Below, in pieces: positions 33,640-47,760 of a stretch of DNA of 64,000 bases. The stretch spans positions 1,550,001-1,614,000 of the forward strand of contig CP089276.1 of assembly GCA_023920165.1 (NCBI GenBank), read 5' to 3'. The notes beneath the pieces are model-generated. The model searched no databases. It worked only from the letters and a program-made list of their open reading frames with translations, and had not been told where the DNA came from. The stretch's first letter is position 1; the number at the start of each line of letters is the position of its first letter. The DNA comes from Curvularia clavata (taxonomy: Eukaryota). The position numbers and the translations under genes were made by a program.

Positions 33640-36600
33640 ATGGCCGGGCCGCGCGCAGGAAACTCGAAGGCCAACGGCGCCACTAATGGGGACACGTCCA
33701 ACAACAAGCAGTCGCTCACAGAGGCTTTTGACAAGGAGCTCTACGGCGGCAACAACGGCGACTACGTCGGCTCCATTGCCGTCACCGATAACGACGATGA
33801 TATGGACGACGTGCAGCTGAATGGTCGGAGCCTCGTTGGCCAATACACGGCATCCAAGGAGATGATGAACGAGTTCGCGCATGGTGACGCGGGTGAAGCC
33901 GACATTCTCGACAGCCGCGAGAAGCAGGCCCAGATTGCATCACGCGAAACCGACTACCAACGGCGACGATTCGATCGCGCACTCTCTCCTACGCGCGCCG
34001 ACCCTTTTGCAAAGGACGGCGAGGGTGGCGGCCAGTCATACAAAGATGTCATGCAGCACCGCGAGCTCGAGCGCGAGGAAGCGCGTGTAAAGAAACTCAT
34101 CGAGGAGAAGGAAAAGTCTGGGGGCAACGAGGTCCTCGACCACAAGCCAACGCTCAAAGACGATGCACCTCCCACAGTCGATGGGGACAAAACCCCTCCA
34201 ATGAAGAAGACTCGCAAGAGGAGACGGTGGGATGAGGTGGCAGAGGATGACACTTCGGTCAAGCAAGACGTCAAGGAAGAGACGGCAGAGCCCAAGAAAC
34301 GCTCACGATGGTCACCCACACCAGAAGAGCCAAAGGAAGCAGCTGCACCAGCCCGGTCACGTTGGGATACCACTGCTATAGCCCCTACAAGTGCTGGGAC
34401 GCCTGCCCCCGCCGCGCAGGGCGCGCAACAAATCGTTCCGACTTTCGCATTTGGTAACGATATCGCCATGCGCAATGCCCCGCTGTCTGATGAGCAGCTC
34501 GACATGATGCTCCCAGGCGAAGCCCAAGGCTACAAGATCCTCGAACCGCCACCAGGATACGAACCAATTCCACGACCAGCGGGCACACCAGCCCTCCCAG
34601 CCGGGTACCAAGGCTTTTTGATCCCGGAAGTTGACAACAGCCTGGCAGCCATGGGCAGGCAGCTACCGACCGAGATTCCCGGAGTCGGGGATTTACAATT
34701 CTTCAAGAACGAGGACATGAAGTACTTTGGAAAGCTTACAGACGGTGCTGATGAGAACGACATGTCAGTTGAGGAGTTGAAGGAACGCAAGATTATGCGT
34801 TTGCTTCTCAAAGTCAAGAACGGAACACCGCCCATGCGAAAGACTGCCCTCCGACAACTTACCGACAACGCCAGGCACTTTGGTGCCGGCCCCCTGTTCA
34901 ATCAGATTCTGCCACTCTTGATGGAGCGGACCCTGGAAGATCAGGAGCGACATTTGCTTGTCAAGGTCATTGACCGTATCCTGTACAAGCTCGATGATCT
35001 CGTTCGTCCATATGTCCACAAGATTCTTGTCGTCATTGAACCTCTCCTTATCGACCAAGATTACTATGCCCGCGTGGAAGGCCGAGAAATTATTTCCAAC
35101 CTCGCAAAGGCTGCTGGTCTTGCACACATGATCAGTACGATGCGCCCCGACTTGGACCACCAAGACGAGTATGTCCGAAACACCACTGCCCGAGCCTTTG
35201 CTGTTGTTGCGTCCGCCCTTGGTATTCCGGCTCTGCTGCCTTTCCTTCGAGCTGTTTGCCGTTCCAAGAAATCATGGCACGCACGCCACACTGGTGTAAA
35301 GATCATCCAGCAAATTCCTATCCTCATGGGTTGTGCTATTCTACCCCATTTGAAGGGACTTGTGGACTGCATTGGCGACAATCTGAACGACGAGCAGCCA
35401 AAGGTGCGCATGGTCACAGCACTTGCTCTGGCCGCCCTTGCCGAAGCCGCCAGCCCGTATGGTATCGAGTCTTTCGATGATATCCTCAACCCTCTCTGGA
35501 CTGGAACCCGCCGTCAGCGTGGCAAGTCTCTTGCGTCTTTCTTGAAGGCTGTGGGTCACATCATCCCACTCATGGACGAGGAGTATTCCAACTACTACAC
35601 CAATGAGATTATGGACACTGTCATCCGAGAGTTCCAATCGCCCGACGAGGAAATGAAGAAGGTCGTGTTGAAAGTTGTCTCTCAATGCTCAAACACAGCC
35701 GGTGTCACTCCAGTCTACCTCAAGGACAAGGTTTTGCCCGAGTTCTTTAAGCACTTCTGGGTACGACGCATGGCTCTCGACAAGCGCAACTACCGACAGG
35801 TAGTGGATACCACTGTAGATCTTGCACAAAAGGCTGGTGTCTCTGAGATTGTAGGCCGCATTGTCAACAACATGAAGGATGAGAACGAAGCCTACCGCAA
35901 GATGACTGTTGAAACTGTTGACAAAGTCATCAGCACATTAGGCGCTCATGACATCGATCAGCGTCTGGAGGAGCAGCTTATTGATGGCGTGCTTGTCGCT
36001 TTTCAGGATCAAACCGTCGAGGATCCTATCGTTATCGATGGTTTCGCCACGGTTGTCAACGCACTAGGCGAGCGCACGAAGACATATCTTCCGCAGATTG
36101 TTGCAGTCGTTCTTGCCAGGCTCAACAACAAGTCTGCTACCGTTCGACAGCAAGCCGCAGACCTCATTTCTCGTATTACTTTCGTAATGCAGAAGTGTGA
36201 CGAGGATCCACAACTGATTAAACTTGCGCAGGCTCTGTACGAATATCTCGGCGAGGAATATCCCGAAGTTCTTGGTTCGATCCTTGGTGCCCTTCGCGCT
36301 ATCGTCACGGTTGTTGGTCTCCATGCCATGCAACCACCCATTAAGGATCTCTTGCCCCGTCTCACTCCCATTCTTCGAAACCGGCACGAGAAGGTACAAG
36401 AAAACACCATCGATCTTGTAGGACGTATTGCTGACCGAGGTGCCAACTACGTTAACCCTCGTGAATGGATGCGAATCTGCTTCGAACTCTTGGATATGCT
36501 CAAGGCTCACAAGAAAGGTATTCGTCGTGCTGCCAACAATACATTTGGTTACATTGCCAAGGCTATCGGTCCTCAGGACGTGTTGGCTACCCTTCTCGGC

Positions 36601-37209
36601 AACCTTCGAGTGGCAGAGCGTCAGTCCCGTGTCTGCACGGCTGTCGCTATCGGTATCGTCGCTGAGACGTGTGCGCCGTTCACCGTCCTCCCGGCCCTGA
36701 TGAACGAATACCGCGTGCCAGAGCTCAACGTACAGAACGGTGTACTAAAGTCACTATCTTTCATGTTCGAGTATATTGGCGAGATGGCCAAGGATTACGT
36801 CTACGCTATCACACCCCTCCTGGAAGATGCTCTTATCGACCGAGACCAAGTGCATCGACAGACTGCTGCTTCAGTAGTCAAGCACGTTGCTCTGGGCTGT
36901 GTCGGTCTTGACTGCGAGGATGCGATGATCCACTTGCTCAACCTTCTCTGGCCCAACCTTTTCGAGACAAGTCCTCACGTCATTGATAGAATTATCGAGG
37001 CCATTGAGGGTGTCCGCAACGCAGTCGGCACACCGCTGGTCATGAACTACGTATGGGCTGGTTTGTTCCATCCAGCTCGCAAGGTTCGACAGCCTTACTG
37101 GCGCATCTACAACGACGCGTACGTTCAGAATGCCGACGCCATGGTTCCAGCATACCCGAGTTTTGACGACGACAAGCTCAAGAGACACGAGCTGGACATT
37201 TTCATCTAA
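33640..37209 (+). CDS. HSH155: U2 snRNP splicing factor 3B subunit 1 (SF3B1/Hsh155/Prp10)
   Basis: 1189-aa ORF with N-terminal RRRWD/RSRW ULM motifs, [25 protein letters not shown] repeats ([19 protein letters not shown]) and C-terminal [14 protein letters not shown]. Confidence 0.98.
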   Translation: MAGPRAGNSKANGATNGDTSNNKQSLTEAFDKELYGGNNGDYVGSIAVTDNDDDMDDVQLNGRSLVGQYTASKEMMNEFAHGDAGEADILDSREKQAQIASRETDYQRRRFDRALSPTRADPFAKDGEGGGQSYKDVMQHRELEREEARVKKLIEEKEKSGGNEVLDHKPTLKDDAPPTVDGDKTPPMKKTRKRRRWDEVAEDDTSVKQDVKEETAEPKKRSRWSPTPEEPKEAAAPARSRWDTTAIAPTSAGTPAPAAQGAQQIVPTFAFGNDIAMRNAPLSDEQLDMMLPGEAQGYKILEPPPGYEPIPRPAGTPALPAGYQGFLIPEVDNSLAAMGRQLPTEIPGVGDLQFFKNEDMKYFGKLTDGADENDMSVEELKERKIMRLLLKVKNGTPPMRKTALRQLTDNARHFGAGPLFNQILPLLMERTLEDQERHLLVKVIDRILYKLDDLVRPYVHKILVVIEPLLIDQDYYARVEGREIISNLAKAAGLAHMISTMRPDLDHQDEYVRNTTARAFAVVASALGIPALLPFLRAVCRSKKSWHARHTGVKIIQQIPILMGCAILPHLKGLVDCIGDNLNDEQPKVRMVTALALAALAEAASPYGIESFDDILNPLWTGTRRQRGKSLASFLKAVGHIIPLMDEEYSNYYTNEIMDTVIREFQSPDEEMKKVVLKVVSQCSNTAGVTPVYLKDKVLPEFFKHFWVRRMALDKRNYRQVVDTTVDLAQKAGVSEIVGRIVNNMKDENEAYRKMTVETVDKVISTLGAHDIDQRLEEQLIDGVLVAFQDQTVEDPIVIDGFATVVNALGERTKTYLPQIVAVVLARLNNKSATVRQQAADLISRITFVMQKCDEDPQLIKLAQALYEYLGEEYPEVLGSILGALRAIVTVVGLHAMQPPIKDLLPRLTPILRNRHEKVQENTIDLVGRIADRGANYVNPREWMRICFELLDMLKAHKKGIRRAANNTFGYIAKAIGPQDVLATLLGNLRVAERQSRVCTAVAIGIVAETCAPFTVLPALMNEYRVPELNVQNGVLKSLSFMFEYIGEMAKDYVYAITPLLEDALIDRDQVHRQTAASVVKHVALGCVGLDCEDAMIHLLNLLWPNLFETSPHVIDRIIEAIEGVRNAVGTPLVMNYVWAGLFHPARKVRQPYWRIYNDAYVQNADAMVPAYPSFDDDKLKRHELDIFI

Positions 37210-38841
37210 GCAATACCCATAGTGCTCTTTTCTGTCTTTTACTTTGGAGTCACCACTCCAAATTTGCGTGTGCATTTCCACTAGCGATTCGGGATCAAGT
37301 TATGGGTTTGAGTAGTCGTGGGTCAGTGTCCTTACAAGTTGGGCTTACCTTGCTTATTATGTACATCACTTAGGGTCAGATCGGAGTATTGCGGCGTTGT
37401 AGTAGCCAGGGATGAGGACTTCTGACCTGCCACCGGAGCCACTTCATAGGACCGCTTAATGGTAACAAAAATAATCTGTCCCAACTTTCTTTGCTGATCA
37501 CCTTTAGGTTCGTGAAGTCGCCCTGTTCTGTTTTGTGCGTTTTTCCTCATATATCAAGGTATGTGATTGCTCGTTGTTTTACTGTGCGCTGAGCTGTCCA
37601 AGACGAAGGAGCGGCCTTGAGCTTTGCAGGGCCATGTTCCTCCACACTTGACACGGATTCATGAGGATGAGTAGACATGCTCCTTCGCCCCACCGTTCTT
37701 AAATTGCGTGAAGTGATTAATGTCTTTTGGTACAAGATTGGTAAGAATTGCCCGATGCTGCTCCTTACCCGTTTTATCACAGAACTGTGGTCATGGTCTC
37801 AATTTTTACGACCGCTACTGGTTCAGAAAGATGTTTCCTTACTTTGCACTTGTGGTGTGCATATCGTAGCAACAAGTTATATGCTATGGCTCCAAGAGCC
37901 CCATGTATTAACCTAATCCCTTTCACTATTGATGCTTGAACCAGTTCTGTGCCATGTCGCTCTTCGCGGCATTAGGGTTAGATTCTGTAGCCGCTTCAGG
38001 CTTGTGTTGGTAGAGCAAGGTGAGAAAAAAAGGGGGAGGGCAGAGTATGTGAAGATGTGGTAGCGCAGAAGGCTATGTAGCATGCTATCACAAGCGTCCT
38101 ACAGTATCAAATCATCCTTGTGTTTCCCCAGAAAGCATCTATCAAACAGTTGATTCAGCTTTCGTATTTTTCCTAGTTACATGTCCAATCCAACCAGCTC
38201 CTGCTATACCTTAACATGCAGCAGATGAAACATGTTGAGATGGACAGAAAGCTGGGCGACCAGGATAAGCTGGCAACTTCACTTCGAGACAGCAAGCCAT
38301 GTACTATGTAACTACACTAGTAGGCCGGGTCAAAGGCAGACGAAATGAAAGGGATATCAAATCAGCCACAACATTAGCCCTGCATTGCAATCCAATCAAG
38401 CAAGCTCCTTTGAACAAAAACGCGAGCTCCGCCCGAGCCAAGTGACTAAATCACGCATGGCACTACCGTGACACGACATGTACGCGAAGTCAGCTGAGCA
38501 ATGGGGAAGTACCTCCCCCGCACCCGCACCACCGTGGCTTTATCCTACATCTTTGATTCGCGATAACGTCGCCGACACCAGAAGGCAACAACATTCACCT
38601 GCAACTCTCGGAATCCCCGCTTTCGAATGGAGTTTGGCGTAGGCGTGAGTGAGGTGAATCAACGATAGGGGCACTTTATCTCTATGTCAGTAGGAAAAGG
38701 CCTCGCTACCAATTGAGTGATGAAAAGGCGACCAAGCTGAGGGATCTGGCCCCCAAACTCAACTCAACTCACTTCCTTTATCTCTTCTCCTCGCCTTCCA
38801 ATCCCCCCCTTCTACTAACCCAAGGTCCCTCCAAACCAACC

Positions 38842-39385
38842 ATGTCCTCAGATTCACTACCACCCCTAACCTCCATCCCCGTCTCTCCCTCCCCCACCGC
38901 CCCCACAGCAACCTACACTGCGTCATGCCACTGCGGCGCCTTCACCTACAACGTGACTGCGTCACCACCTCTCGACGACGCCAGCGCGCTGGTGACAGAG
39001 TGCAATTGCAGTATCTGTGTCAAGAATGGGTATTTGTTGATTTATGTGCCGGATGAGAGGATTGTGTTTACGCAGGGCAAGTTTGAGGACTTGGGGGTAA
39101 GTCTGCCATGCTCTAATGTCTCCTACACACGTGTGAGGAGAGGAGAGGAGAAAATTGGGGTGGGCAAAGGAGAATAGAATGTGCTGACGTTTACACACAC
39201 AGTCCTACTCTTTTGCCAGTAACAGCGTCGGCCATCGCTTCTGCAGTACGTGCGGCTCATCTTGTATGGCCCGGCCTACAGTTGATGGGTTTATGCCCGG
39301 TATGACTGCAGTGAATGTGAGAATGTTCAAGGATGTTGATGTTAAGGGGTTGAAGAAGAGGTTTGCGGATGGGAAAAGCCTTTGA
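38842..39385 (+). CDS. GFA/CENP-V (Mss4-like) zinc-binding protein
   Basis: ASCHCGAF, ECNCSICVKNGYL; intron 39097-39202; exon 2 HRFCSTCGS...AVNVRMF...DGKSL*. Confidence 0.92.
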
Positions 39386-39818
39386 GAGAATGCTGCGGGT
39401 TTGTTGTTGCAGAGGCGTTGGGTATAGACCTTGGAGCGGGAGAAGAGGAAGATGGATGTGAAGAGAATTTTCCTGGAGGAAAGGGGGGTGAACCGATTGG
39501 AATGGAAATATATTGGATATATAGATAGTCTTTCACAAATCAGCGATAGTCGCATAGAAATATAACGGAATAAAAGTACTACTTGTTTCCACTTTGCAAG
39601 GACTTGAACCAGAGAGAGATGAATAGATAGAAAAACCAGAGATCCCATCGACGCCTCTCGCTGTCTCTCTGAACTGACCTAGGTCCCAGACGGGGGGAAA
39701 CGCCCGCTGATACAATTCTTTTCTTCTTCTCCGTCTTCCGAATAAAAAAAAAGGTCAATGCGACCATGCTCTCACACCCTCAACACAACTGTCTGACAGT
39801 AGCTACTGTGTGCCGCTC

Positions 39819-40788
39819 TTAAGAGAACTTCCACCTGTTACCGCAGTTCATGCACTCGCAGAACGTCGTCATCGGTTCATCAGCAGATCGCGTCTGCGCC
39901 TGGCTGTAGCTGACCTTCTTCTGCTTGCACTTTCCGCACTGGAACTCCTTTGATATGGCCTTCTCCACCTGTGCAACCATAGCCTGGTTCATGTTTTCCT
40001 TCTCGAGCTTCTCGTCCTCTGCTCGTCGCGCGTCCGACTTCATCTCGTCGTGTGTCATGACGACAAACTTCTTGGCTGAAATATCGCCAGCGAGAACCCG
40101 CTTGCGGAGTTGTGGATTTGACTTGTTCTTGAGGTTCTGGAAGAGCGAGCGCATTTTGCCTTTGTAAGCGTCATTTACACTACCGGCGTTACCGTAGGCA
40201 GCAGCTTCGACTTGCTTGGCGACGACGAGGATTTCGTCAGGCACTAACGACGGATTAACAGAGTCCATAGTCATTCACCTGCTAGTACTTACTCGCTTCG
40301 CTCATAAACGCCAGACCGTCGTACATCAACCTCACGCAGTTGTCACGCGCCTCATTCCCGGTGACCTGGTATTTGACCTTGTCTGTCTTGTGGTTGCGCT
40401 TGTCAGAAGGCACATCATGCTTCTTCTTAGACTGGCTAGGTGCTGGAGACGCAGTCCCTGATGGTGGAGGAGCAGGTGAGGATGTCGAACCGCCATTGGT
40501 GGCTACTTTGGCTGCGCCGTCCTTCTTAGCTGGCTGCTTCTTCTTGACCTCATCCCTCCACTTTGCCACTAGCTCTGTCGCCAGTTTTTGCACAGCTGGA
40601 TCTTTGTGAGTGCGCAAACGGTTGATGGTGACACCAATCCTTGTGGAGCGCAAGAGGTCCTCGGTAGCGTGAACACCAGTCTTGAGGTCGTTGAGCAGCT
40701 TCAGTATCGAAGTGCTAGGCTCGCCTTCTGCGACAGCCTTGCCGATGGCCTTTCCACGAAGCTCAATCTCTTTTGCATCCATTGCCAT
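39819..40788 (-). CDS. DST1: Transcription elongation factor TFIIS
   Basis: LLRSTRIGVTINRLR N-terminal domain; intron 40244-40292; YKGKMRSLFQNLK; zinc ribbon CGKC...QTRSADEPMTTFCECMNCGNRWKFS. Confidence 0.97.
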
Positions 40789-41317
40789 GTTGAAGGTTGT
40801 GGTGTTTATAGAACCGAAAGTTGACTGTGAGCGCAGAACCGTAGACGCCTTCGCGAAAGGGGCGATCCTTTGAATAGGTCGCAATCAAAACAGGGTTTCC
40901 GTATTCTTTGTGTGATGGCCTCGAATGCTGTCGCGCTTGCGCTTGCGCTCGCGAATGGTGAGGCTGGTGTCCTGACGAGTCTTTGTTTGAAGTCGGCGCG
41001 GGGCAGTCAGTCGCGTCCGAGGGAAACCGATGGGCCGGGCGGTTGCAGACAGGGCGGAGGTGCGTACGGGTGAGGTTGGAAACGGGTATTCGGAAGGGAG
41101 AAGGAGGAGGCGTGGCGCGATACCATCTGCGATTGTGATCTAGAAGTTGCGTTTCCTCAAAGAGGCCCAAGCTCAGAAGCGCTAGCCTCCGCGTTCACCA
41201 GAAGCAAACCAACAACCGTCGCCTACTGAACCTGCAGATCCGGTACACGCAACATATACTACAAGAGTTGACAAAGGAACCCCCAAGACCGTATACGACA
41301 CTACACGATACTTCAAG

Positions 41318-41972
41318 ATGACGGAAAATGCGCCCCCAGCTAGCGCAAACAATGTGAGCACAGATAACTCGCGCGGAACGCCATACTACGAAAGACTGCG
41401 ACGTGACCTCCGCGAATCGCTGAACAAGAAGCGCTTGATCGACAACAGTCTGGTAAGTATCAGATGCGACGCGTGGTAGATGCGCATGCTAAGCCTTGCG
41501 ACAGCTACAAATCGAAGAAAACATTCACCGCGTCGAGACCCAGTACCTAGAGGAGACGAGCGCCGGCAACATCATAAAAGGCTTCGATAACTACATCAAG
41601 GGAGCAGCGACTACGACGACAGCTGGCGGAGCAGGCAATGCAACCAGGCGAAAAGCCCCCATCAACGACGCAGATAGGATATTCAGTCGGAGTTCGTCAA
41701 GCTTCTTGAGGGTACGTGAAGGAATACCAGGCCTTGCCGCAGCGCAGAGTACGAAGAGACAATAGAACTGATGCCGCTTCCAGGAATCGTCGACACCAGG
41801 CTCAGCTACCCCATCACACGCTCCGGCGCCAACCTCGTCATTTCCTACCCGCGAGTCGAGCCAACCCACAAACGGTACAAAGCCGGGAGAAAAGAAGAAG
41901 AAGGCCGCCGAAGACGACGATGAACAGAACAACAAGACGAAACGGCAAAAGATTTCATACGGACGGGAGTGA
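41318..41972 (+). CDS. EAF6: NuA4/NuA3 histone acetyltransferase subunit Eaf6
   Basis: Introns 41453-41504 and 41712-41783; PYYERLRRDLRESLNKKR, ETQYLEETSAGNIIKGFDNYIK, DRIFSRSS. Confidence 0.94.
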
Positions 41973-44900
41973 GCATGCCGAATCAAATGTCGTATCATTG
42001 CCCAAACTCCGCGGCGGTACATTCATACGATCCAGAAATCCAGGCTGACAAAGCTACCTCTACGCACCTATGTACTACTGACGCGAGTAATCTGCTTCAT
42101 CCTACAGACGATTGCGCGTCCTATGGGTCCCAAAATCCCTGAAATTATCCGAGCTACCAACAAACGAGGAAGGTGGAAAGGCATGGGTTGCAAGCCCGAA
42201 GCTGCGCGTGTTCAAGCAGTGGAGACTTTTTGCCAGGCATGCGGAATCCTGAAACCACGATAGATCGAACATGGAATTGCGGGGTTGGTTCAACATAGAT
42301 GTAAGATCCACTTTTCTGTAGGACTTGGCGCTACTGTTGGACAACAGCACATCTGTGCGAGCGGACTCGCATGGCGGTGGAGATGAGGGTTGGTGCTTAG
42401 CTGGTAGCTTGGTTGGAGTGTTCAGCGAGATGGCGACGGAGGGACTGCTTGGCATCCGCCTCTAAGCGATGTCGCTCCACTGTTATTATGGGGGCGTCTT
42501 CATCTCTGCGAAAGCGGAATACATGCTCGACAAAGGTTAGCATAACGGATCACTGCTAGATGAGTTTGCTGGTGGCCATGCGCTTGAGCTGTGAATGGCC
42601 CAGACGAATACGAAGGATCTCAAGTACGAACAGGGAATAGTCCAGTCGGAAATGAATGTTGAACTCTTCCCGCCACTGTTGAACGTTGTCGTCGCAATGC
42701 ATTGATGCGTGACCGCAAAACACGTTCGCCCCCTATATGTCAAAGGTGCATGAAACTCTTATTCCCGTGTAGAAAGACGGCCCCCAAGGGCGACAGCGCG
42801 GCTGACAGACGACCCTCATCTGATGATATTTTTTCCAAACAAGCGCAAAGGCACTCGAGGCAGGGGAGGCCAGGATTGATATTAAAAAGTCAATCATGTT
42901 TGGTTAAGTTGAGACGTTGGCGCAAACGGCAAAGGATGCAAAACACTATGTTTGCATGATGGGAATGTCGTATACCTGGATATTGTCGCGTTGACTACTC
43001 CGTGGGTTAACGCAACCATAGAGCTGGTCGCATGCCAAGACAGTAAAGTGCGCACATTGACCGCGTGAGTTTGTCGCCATCGAATAGTTATTCGACAATA
43101 CACACAGCGGTCGGTTTAGAAGACATCCACTACACCTAGCAGGGGGTATGTGTTGCCAATAGTGGAAGGTAGCGACAGCGATGCCAGCAGTGACTTGCAT
43201 GCTGGCTAAATGATTCGCTTTTCGTTGGCGCACAACATCTCAAGCCCCGACGGAGTAAGCCAGTGCGATAGAGGTGTAAAGAGAGGGGCCGGTATGTGTG
43301 TGTGTGGCGAAAAGCAAAACGCTTACGAAAGAAAGATTGCGGGTAACCTCCCTTACGGCATGTCGGCCGGCATTACTGCAAACCAAAATTGCTCGTTTCC
43401 TGCGTCTCCTCTGTCTCCGCTGACCCCCGGAAGCCTAGCAAAGCGGAGCGGTAGCGGGCCCAGGACTTCCCAAACTCAGAAGTTTTGGCGTCGTCATTAT
43501 TTTTATGTGAGAGCGGGCAGGGAAAAAAACGGTCAGCCCTGCGTTTAGGGAACGTGCTGTCAGTCGTCGCGTCCTCCCGGCGATCTTGCCTTGAAGGAAC
43601 GGGCGAGGGAACGGGACACAATCAGGCACGCTACGATCTCATCTCAGGTCTCCTTTCGGTCCGGTATCTAACGTGCGTGTGAGTGTGTGTATGACCCACC
43701 CTCCACGAGAGCGAAGAGGCATCCGTGATTGGGGAGTCCGTGTGTAGCACCGTAGAGGCAATCAAGGCGTGCGGAATGGCTGAGACAAGAAAGAAAGCCC
43801 GAACGGTTGTCAGCACGCAAGGCCGCCGGTAGTTGGTTTTTTTTTCCTCGGGTGCGCGCATGGATTTGGGGGTTAGGGTGGGAACAGAATGAATCGTTGG
43901 TCCTTTCAGCGGGCAGCCTCGTACGCAATCTCGAGCCGCTGAGCAGGGGCAATCCAAGACAGATTGAGGGGCCAATTGATGCAAAGAGAGCAAATGATAG
44001 CATCGGCACAGGCAGCCTCAGGCGGCACAAGGTGCATCGGCAGGCATCCCACTCGTTGACAGATGGGAGGCGAGCGGAGGTCGACCAAATTTCAGGGTCC
44101 AGTGCAGACTAACGAGCCGTGACGCTGCATGACGAGTGCCAAGCACCGGCTCTAGTCCTAACTTGACCGCTCACCAAACGCCAGATGATGGCATGGTCAA
44201 AGGGCAGGCGACATGGCTTTGTCCTTTTCGTCCAACTGAAACCGGGCGCGCCCGTATGACGAAAGCACACGGATCCACGGTACCAAATCGGACTATTATC
44301 GTCTGTATAGAGGAGTGTGTCGTCACAAGGCTAGCTGGCGGACAGAGAAAGCATCTAGAGAAGCACGTCGAAATAGGAAGGGGGCGCGGATGGATTAAGC
44401 AAGGGTCTTTGATTCTGCCGCACTTGTAATCCCACTATATGGAGAAATGCGTCATTTTCTCGCGCTGCTTCAACCCGACGCAGTGTCGTGAGGAAGGCAA
44501 CCCTGGCCTATTGCCAGGTCGCTGTGGCACCGATGTGCGCGCGCTCAAAGCTACTACACTAATGTACAAACGTCATTGTATGCAAGCCATCCGTAGCGAA
44601 CTCTGCGTCGGAGAGATGGTTGCTAAAAGAGAGTCTAAAAGATATTAAAGGGTATAAGCGAATGATGACAACGTTGTGCTTCATGACGACAGTGACGAGA
44701 GCCCTGTCGAGCACCGTTGAGTATTAGGCGAGTATGTGCAGGCGGTAAAAAGAAAAGTATCCTGGCCCAGGCGACGAGGCGCGTAATATTACAGAGTTGA
44801 GGAAATCGCTCCAAACCGCAGAAAACAGTATAAACAGATACTCATAAAGGCCTTCAATTCGAAACGCCAGAAAACGCCGTAGACCTCTTTCGTAGGGCGC

Positions 44901-45109
44901 AGGGCCAGGTGGTATCTCCGTAAAAGCCAGTAGTGTGCAGCGATAGGTGGAAGAATCGTCCAAACTAGATGGCGGTGCGGCCCATAGATTTGGCCGATAA
45001 ATGTGCAACGGTGGTATCTCAAACCTCAGATGTACTAGACAAACGGCGAGGCCATTGGTAGTGAAAACAAAAAAGCGTGAACATGACAAGGAACCTAGTG
45101 GCGATTCCT

Positions 45110-46284
45110 CTAGTGATCAACGCTCTCTGGAGACGGGTGATCGGCACTGCCGTCGTTCTTGTGAACTTTTCGGTGTCTCCTCAGATTTGAGACGACGGAG
45201 AAGTGACGTCCGCAACCCTCGACTTCGCAAGCAAACGCTGTTATAGTTTGTTAGTGTGCGAAAAGGGCGGAGCGGTTGAATCAAACTTACGTTTCTCTCC
45301 GGTGTGGCTATACATGTGCGTTTGGAGAGAGCTAGGTCGGGTGAAGCGTTTGTCGCAGATCTTGCACTTGTGCTTCTTCTGCGAGCTGGATGAGACCTTG
45401 GAGCTGAACTGGCTCATCATGGAGGCGGGCGCTGGTGGCATGCTGGCACCGATAAGTGCACTAGGACGGGGCAGTGTGCGCGAGCTGCCCAGGTCGACGG
45501 ACTCGGATGCGGAACTGTAGTCGGTAACTGAGCCCTCACCGCCATAGTATCCGTTGGGGCCGTAGCTGGCCGAGGAGATGGACGAGTGTGCGGAGTGTGT
45601 CGAGGGGAATCCGTATGATTCCGTGGAGCTGCGGCTGGTTCCTTGAGTGCCATAGATATTCCTGGGGGTAATGTCTGACTGGCTCAAGGAGACCATGCCA
45701 CGGCTGGCGTCAAGAGCATCGCTGAAGCTGTTGCGCGGCTGCTGGCTATTCATTCTGCTAAAGTCAACAAGTGAACTTTGGCGTTGCCGCTGCGACTCGA
45801 CTGATTCGTAGAAGGCTATGGAGGGGACTGACGGGTGAGAAGAACGGCGAGAGGCATCCTGTTGGAATGCGTACGGGCTGCGTTCTGTGTTTGTATATTC
45901 CACCTGGGAGTATGGCGCTGAAGTGGGCGCATACGACTGGTTTTGAGGAGAGGCAGAGGTAGCATAACCAGTTGGGTATCCGCGTGCCATGATGTCTTCA
46001 GAGGTATCTAGTAAGTTTGCTGTTCCGAAGTTGGCGCCCGGGAGGGTAATACCTTGTCCCATGGGAGGAGCTGTGACTGGCATGCCGTGGAAGGGGATGG
46101 CGATGCTGGTGGGCCTCTGGGTGTCGACATTGGAAGCGACGGTGGTCTGGTACAATTGCTGCTGCGAGGTGGCTGCTGAGACCCATGGGTTGGTGAAGTG
46201 TGGTTGTTGTTGTGTGTAGCGCATGTGGTCGTAGCCCATGCCGCTCAGCTGCGGTTGTTGACGATTGTCGACTGCCATTGCCAT
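45110..46284 (-). CDS. nsdC: C2H2 zinc-finger transcription factor, NsdC type (development regulator)
   Basis: Intron 45238-45290; spliced fingers [55 protein letters not shown]; Ser/Gln-rich N-terminus. Confidence 0.85.
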
Positions 46285-46932
46285 TGCGTTGTTCTAGGGA
46301 GCGGGTGGCAAAGGTATGTTGAGCAGAGTCCGGGGATTGGGAAGGAGCAGAGGATGGGATGGAAGGATGTTGTTGATGATGATTGTGGTACAAGAGAGAC
46401 AAGACGAGGCGTGTATATCACCGTCCAGAGTCCGGCGTGTAGATCCAAGAGGGTGAAACAAGGTAGTCGAGGGTCAAAAACGTGGAGATGGTCGATCACA
46501 AGTACTTGGTGATGGGATCTGCGAGGCTTTTGAATTGAGTCTGACACTGGGGACTCCCGTGCAGTGGTATGCCGAGAGAAGTAATGATGGTCGGGTTGGT
46601 ATGTCGATCAGTTGACCTGTACTAGGCAGGACCCGTGACAATGAACCAGCGAGATTAGGTGTAGTGCGAAGCGGACACCAGCGACCGAGTGGCAGACGCT
46701 CGGGCGTTTCAAGTCGAGCACAGTGCTCAGAGGGGAGGGGGTAGGGGAATGCCCAGCGGGTGCAGGGGCGGACGGTGTGGGGTGGGTTGCGTGTTGCGTG
46801 TCGGCGTGGAAAAAGTTCGGTAGCGTTAATTCGCCAGAAAAGCAAACCAGCGACAAAGAAAGTAAGGATGTGAGGGTAACAATGATGAAAGCAGTATGGA
46901 TGGGCTGCCAGGCAGAAGGTGACTTTTTTTTC

Positions 46933-46970
46933 TGGATGGATGAATGGATGGGTGGATGGATGGATTGATG
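46933..46970. repeat. Imperfect (TGGA)n microsatellite
   Basis: tggatggatgaatggatgggtggatggatggattgatg. Confidence 0.8.
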
Positions 46971-47291
46971 AGATGGGACGAGGTGATCAGCGTGCAGCAG
47001 GACGGGGAGCCCTCACTGATAAATTCGCGTGCTTGTCGGGTTTACGTCTTTGGGTTCACAGGAGCTCCATCATAGGCTGGCAGGCCAAGCATGAGGAGCT
47101 GGCACGCTGGCTTCACCACCCCGGACGCACCTACGTCTGCGCCGACAGGGGTGCGCTGCCCACGCTAGCCCTGCGCTTCGACCGCTGCTTTTACCCTCTG
47201 GTGGGTGGAGAGGACGTTCAGCGATGTGCTCACGGACTGGGTTGCATCCGCGCCATCTGGCACTGTAGCCTCAACAGCCCGCCGTCCGCAC

Positions 47292-47312
47292 TGCCTTGCC
47301 TTGCCTTGCCTT
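47292..47312. repeat. (TGCCT)4 microsatellite
   Basis: tgccttgccttgccttgcctt. Confidence 0.85.
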
Positions 47313-47727
47313 ACCTGTCCGCAGCCGCTACTTACTCGCTCGACGCGAACTGCTCACGACGCCTACACTATCGCCGGCAACTGCGGCGCCTCCAGCACCA
47401 CGCAGCGCCTCAGTCTTGGTCTTGACTTTGCACAATCCATGCCTACACACACACATCGAATCGCCGGGCGGCTCGCGCGGGAGGGCTTTTTTGCCTTTGT
47501 TTTGGCGTGCATCCACCAGCACTAGGGTCGACGACGCGCATTGAAGCAGCCTAGCACACTTTGCTCACAATTGCATGCTTCCCATTTGGGCACTCTGACT
47601 AGCCGGATATGCAATGTGAGCAGTGTGCAATTGCTCCGCAGCCATTGCTGGGCGTGGGCGAGGGCGGCAGGGCCATGGGGCCTCTCTGTCATCATCCCGG
47701 CCTCGAGGGAGGGCCAGCGAGCCACCA

Positions 47728-47760
47728 CCAGCCAGCCAGCCAGACAGCCAGCTAGCCAGC
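47728..47760. repeat. Imperfect (CCAG)n microsatellite
   Basis: ccagccagccagccagacagccagctagccagc. Confidence 0.8.

Noticed and set aside
37972..37981. TTAGGGTTAG telomere-like motif (also a single unit near 43873)
   Set aside because: Fewer than two full units; expected by chance.
39374..39385. GFA protein C-terminus KSL as a peroxisomal PTS1
   Set aside because: Does not fit [SAC]-[KRH]-[LM].
42102..42743. Short ORFs between EAF6 and nsdC that might be a gene relic
   Set aside because: No recognisable motif, codon bias or consistent exon chain; cannot be supported without a homology search.
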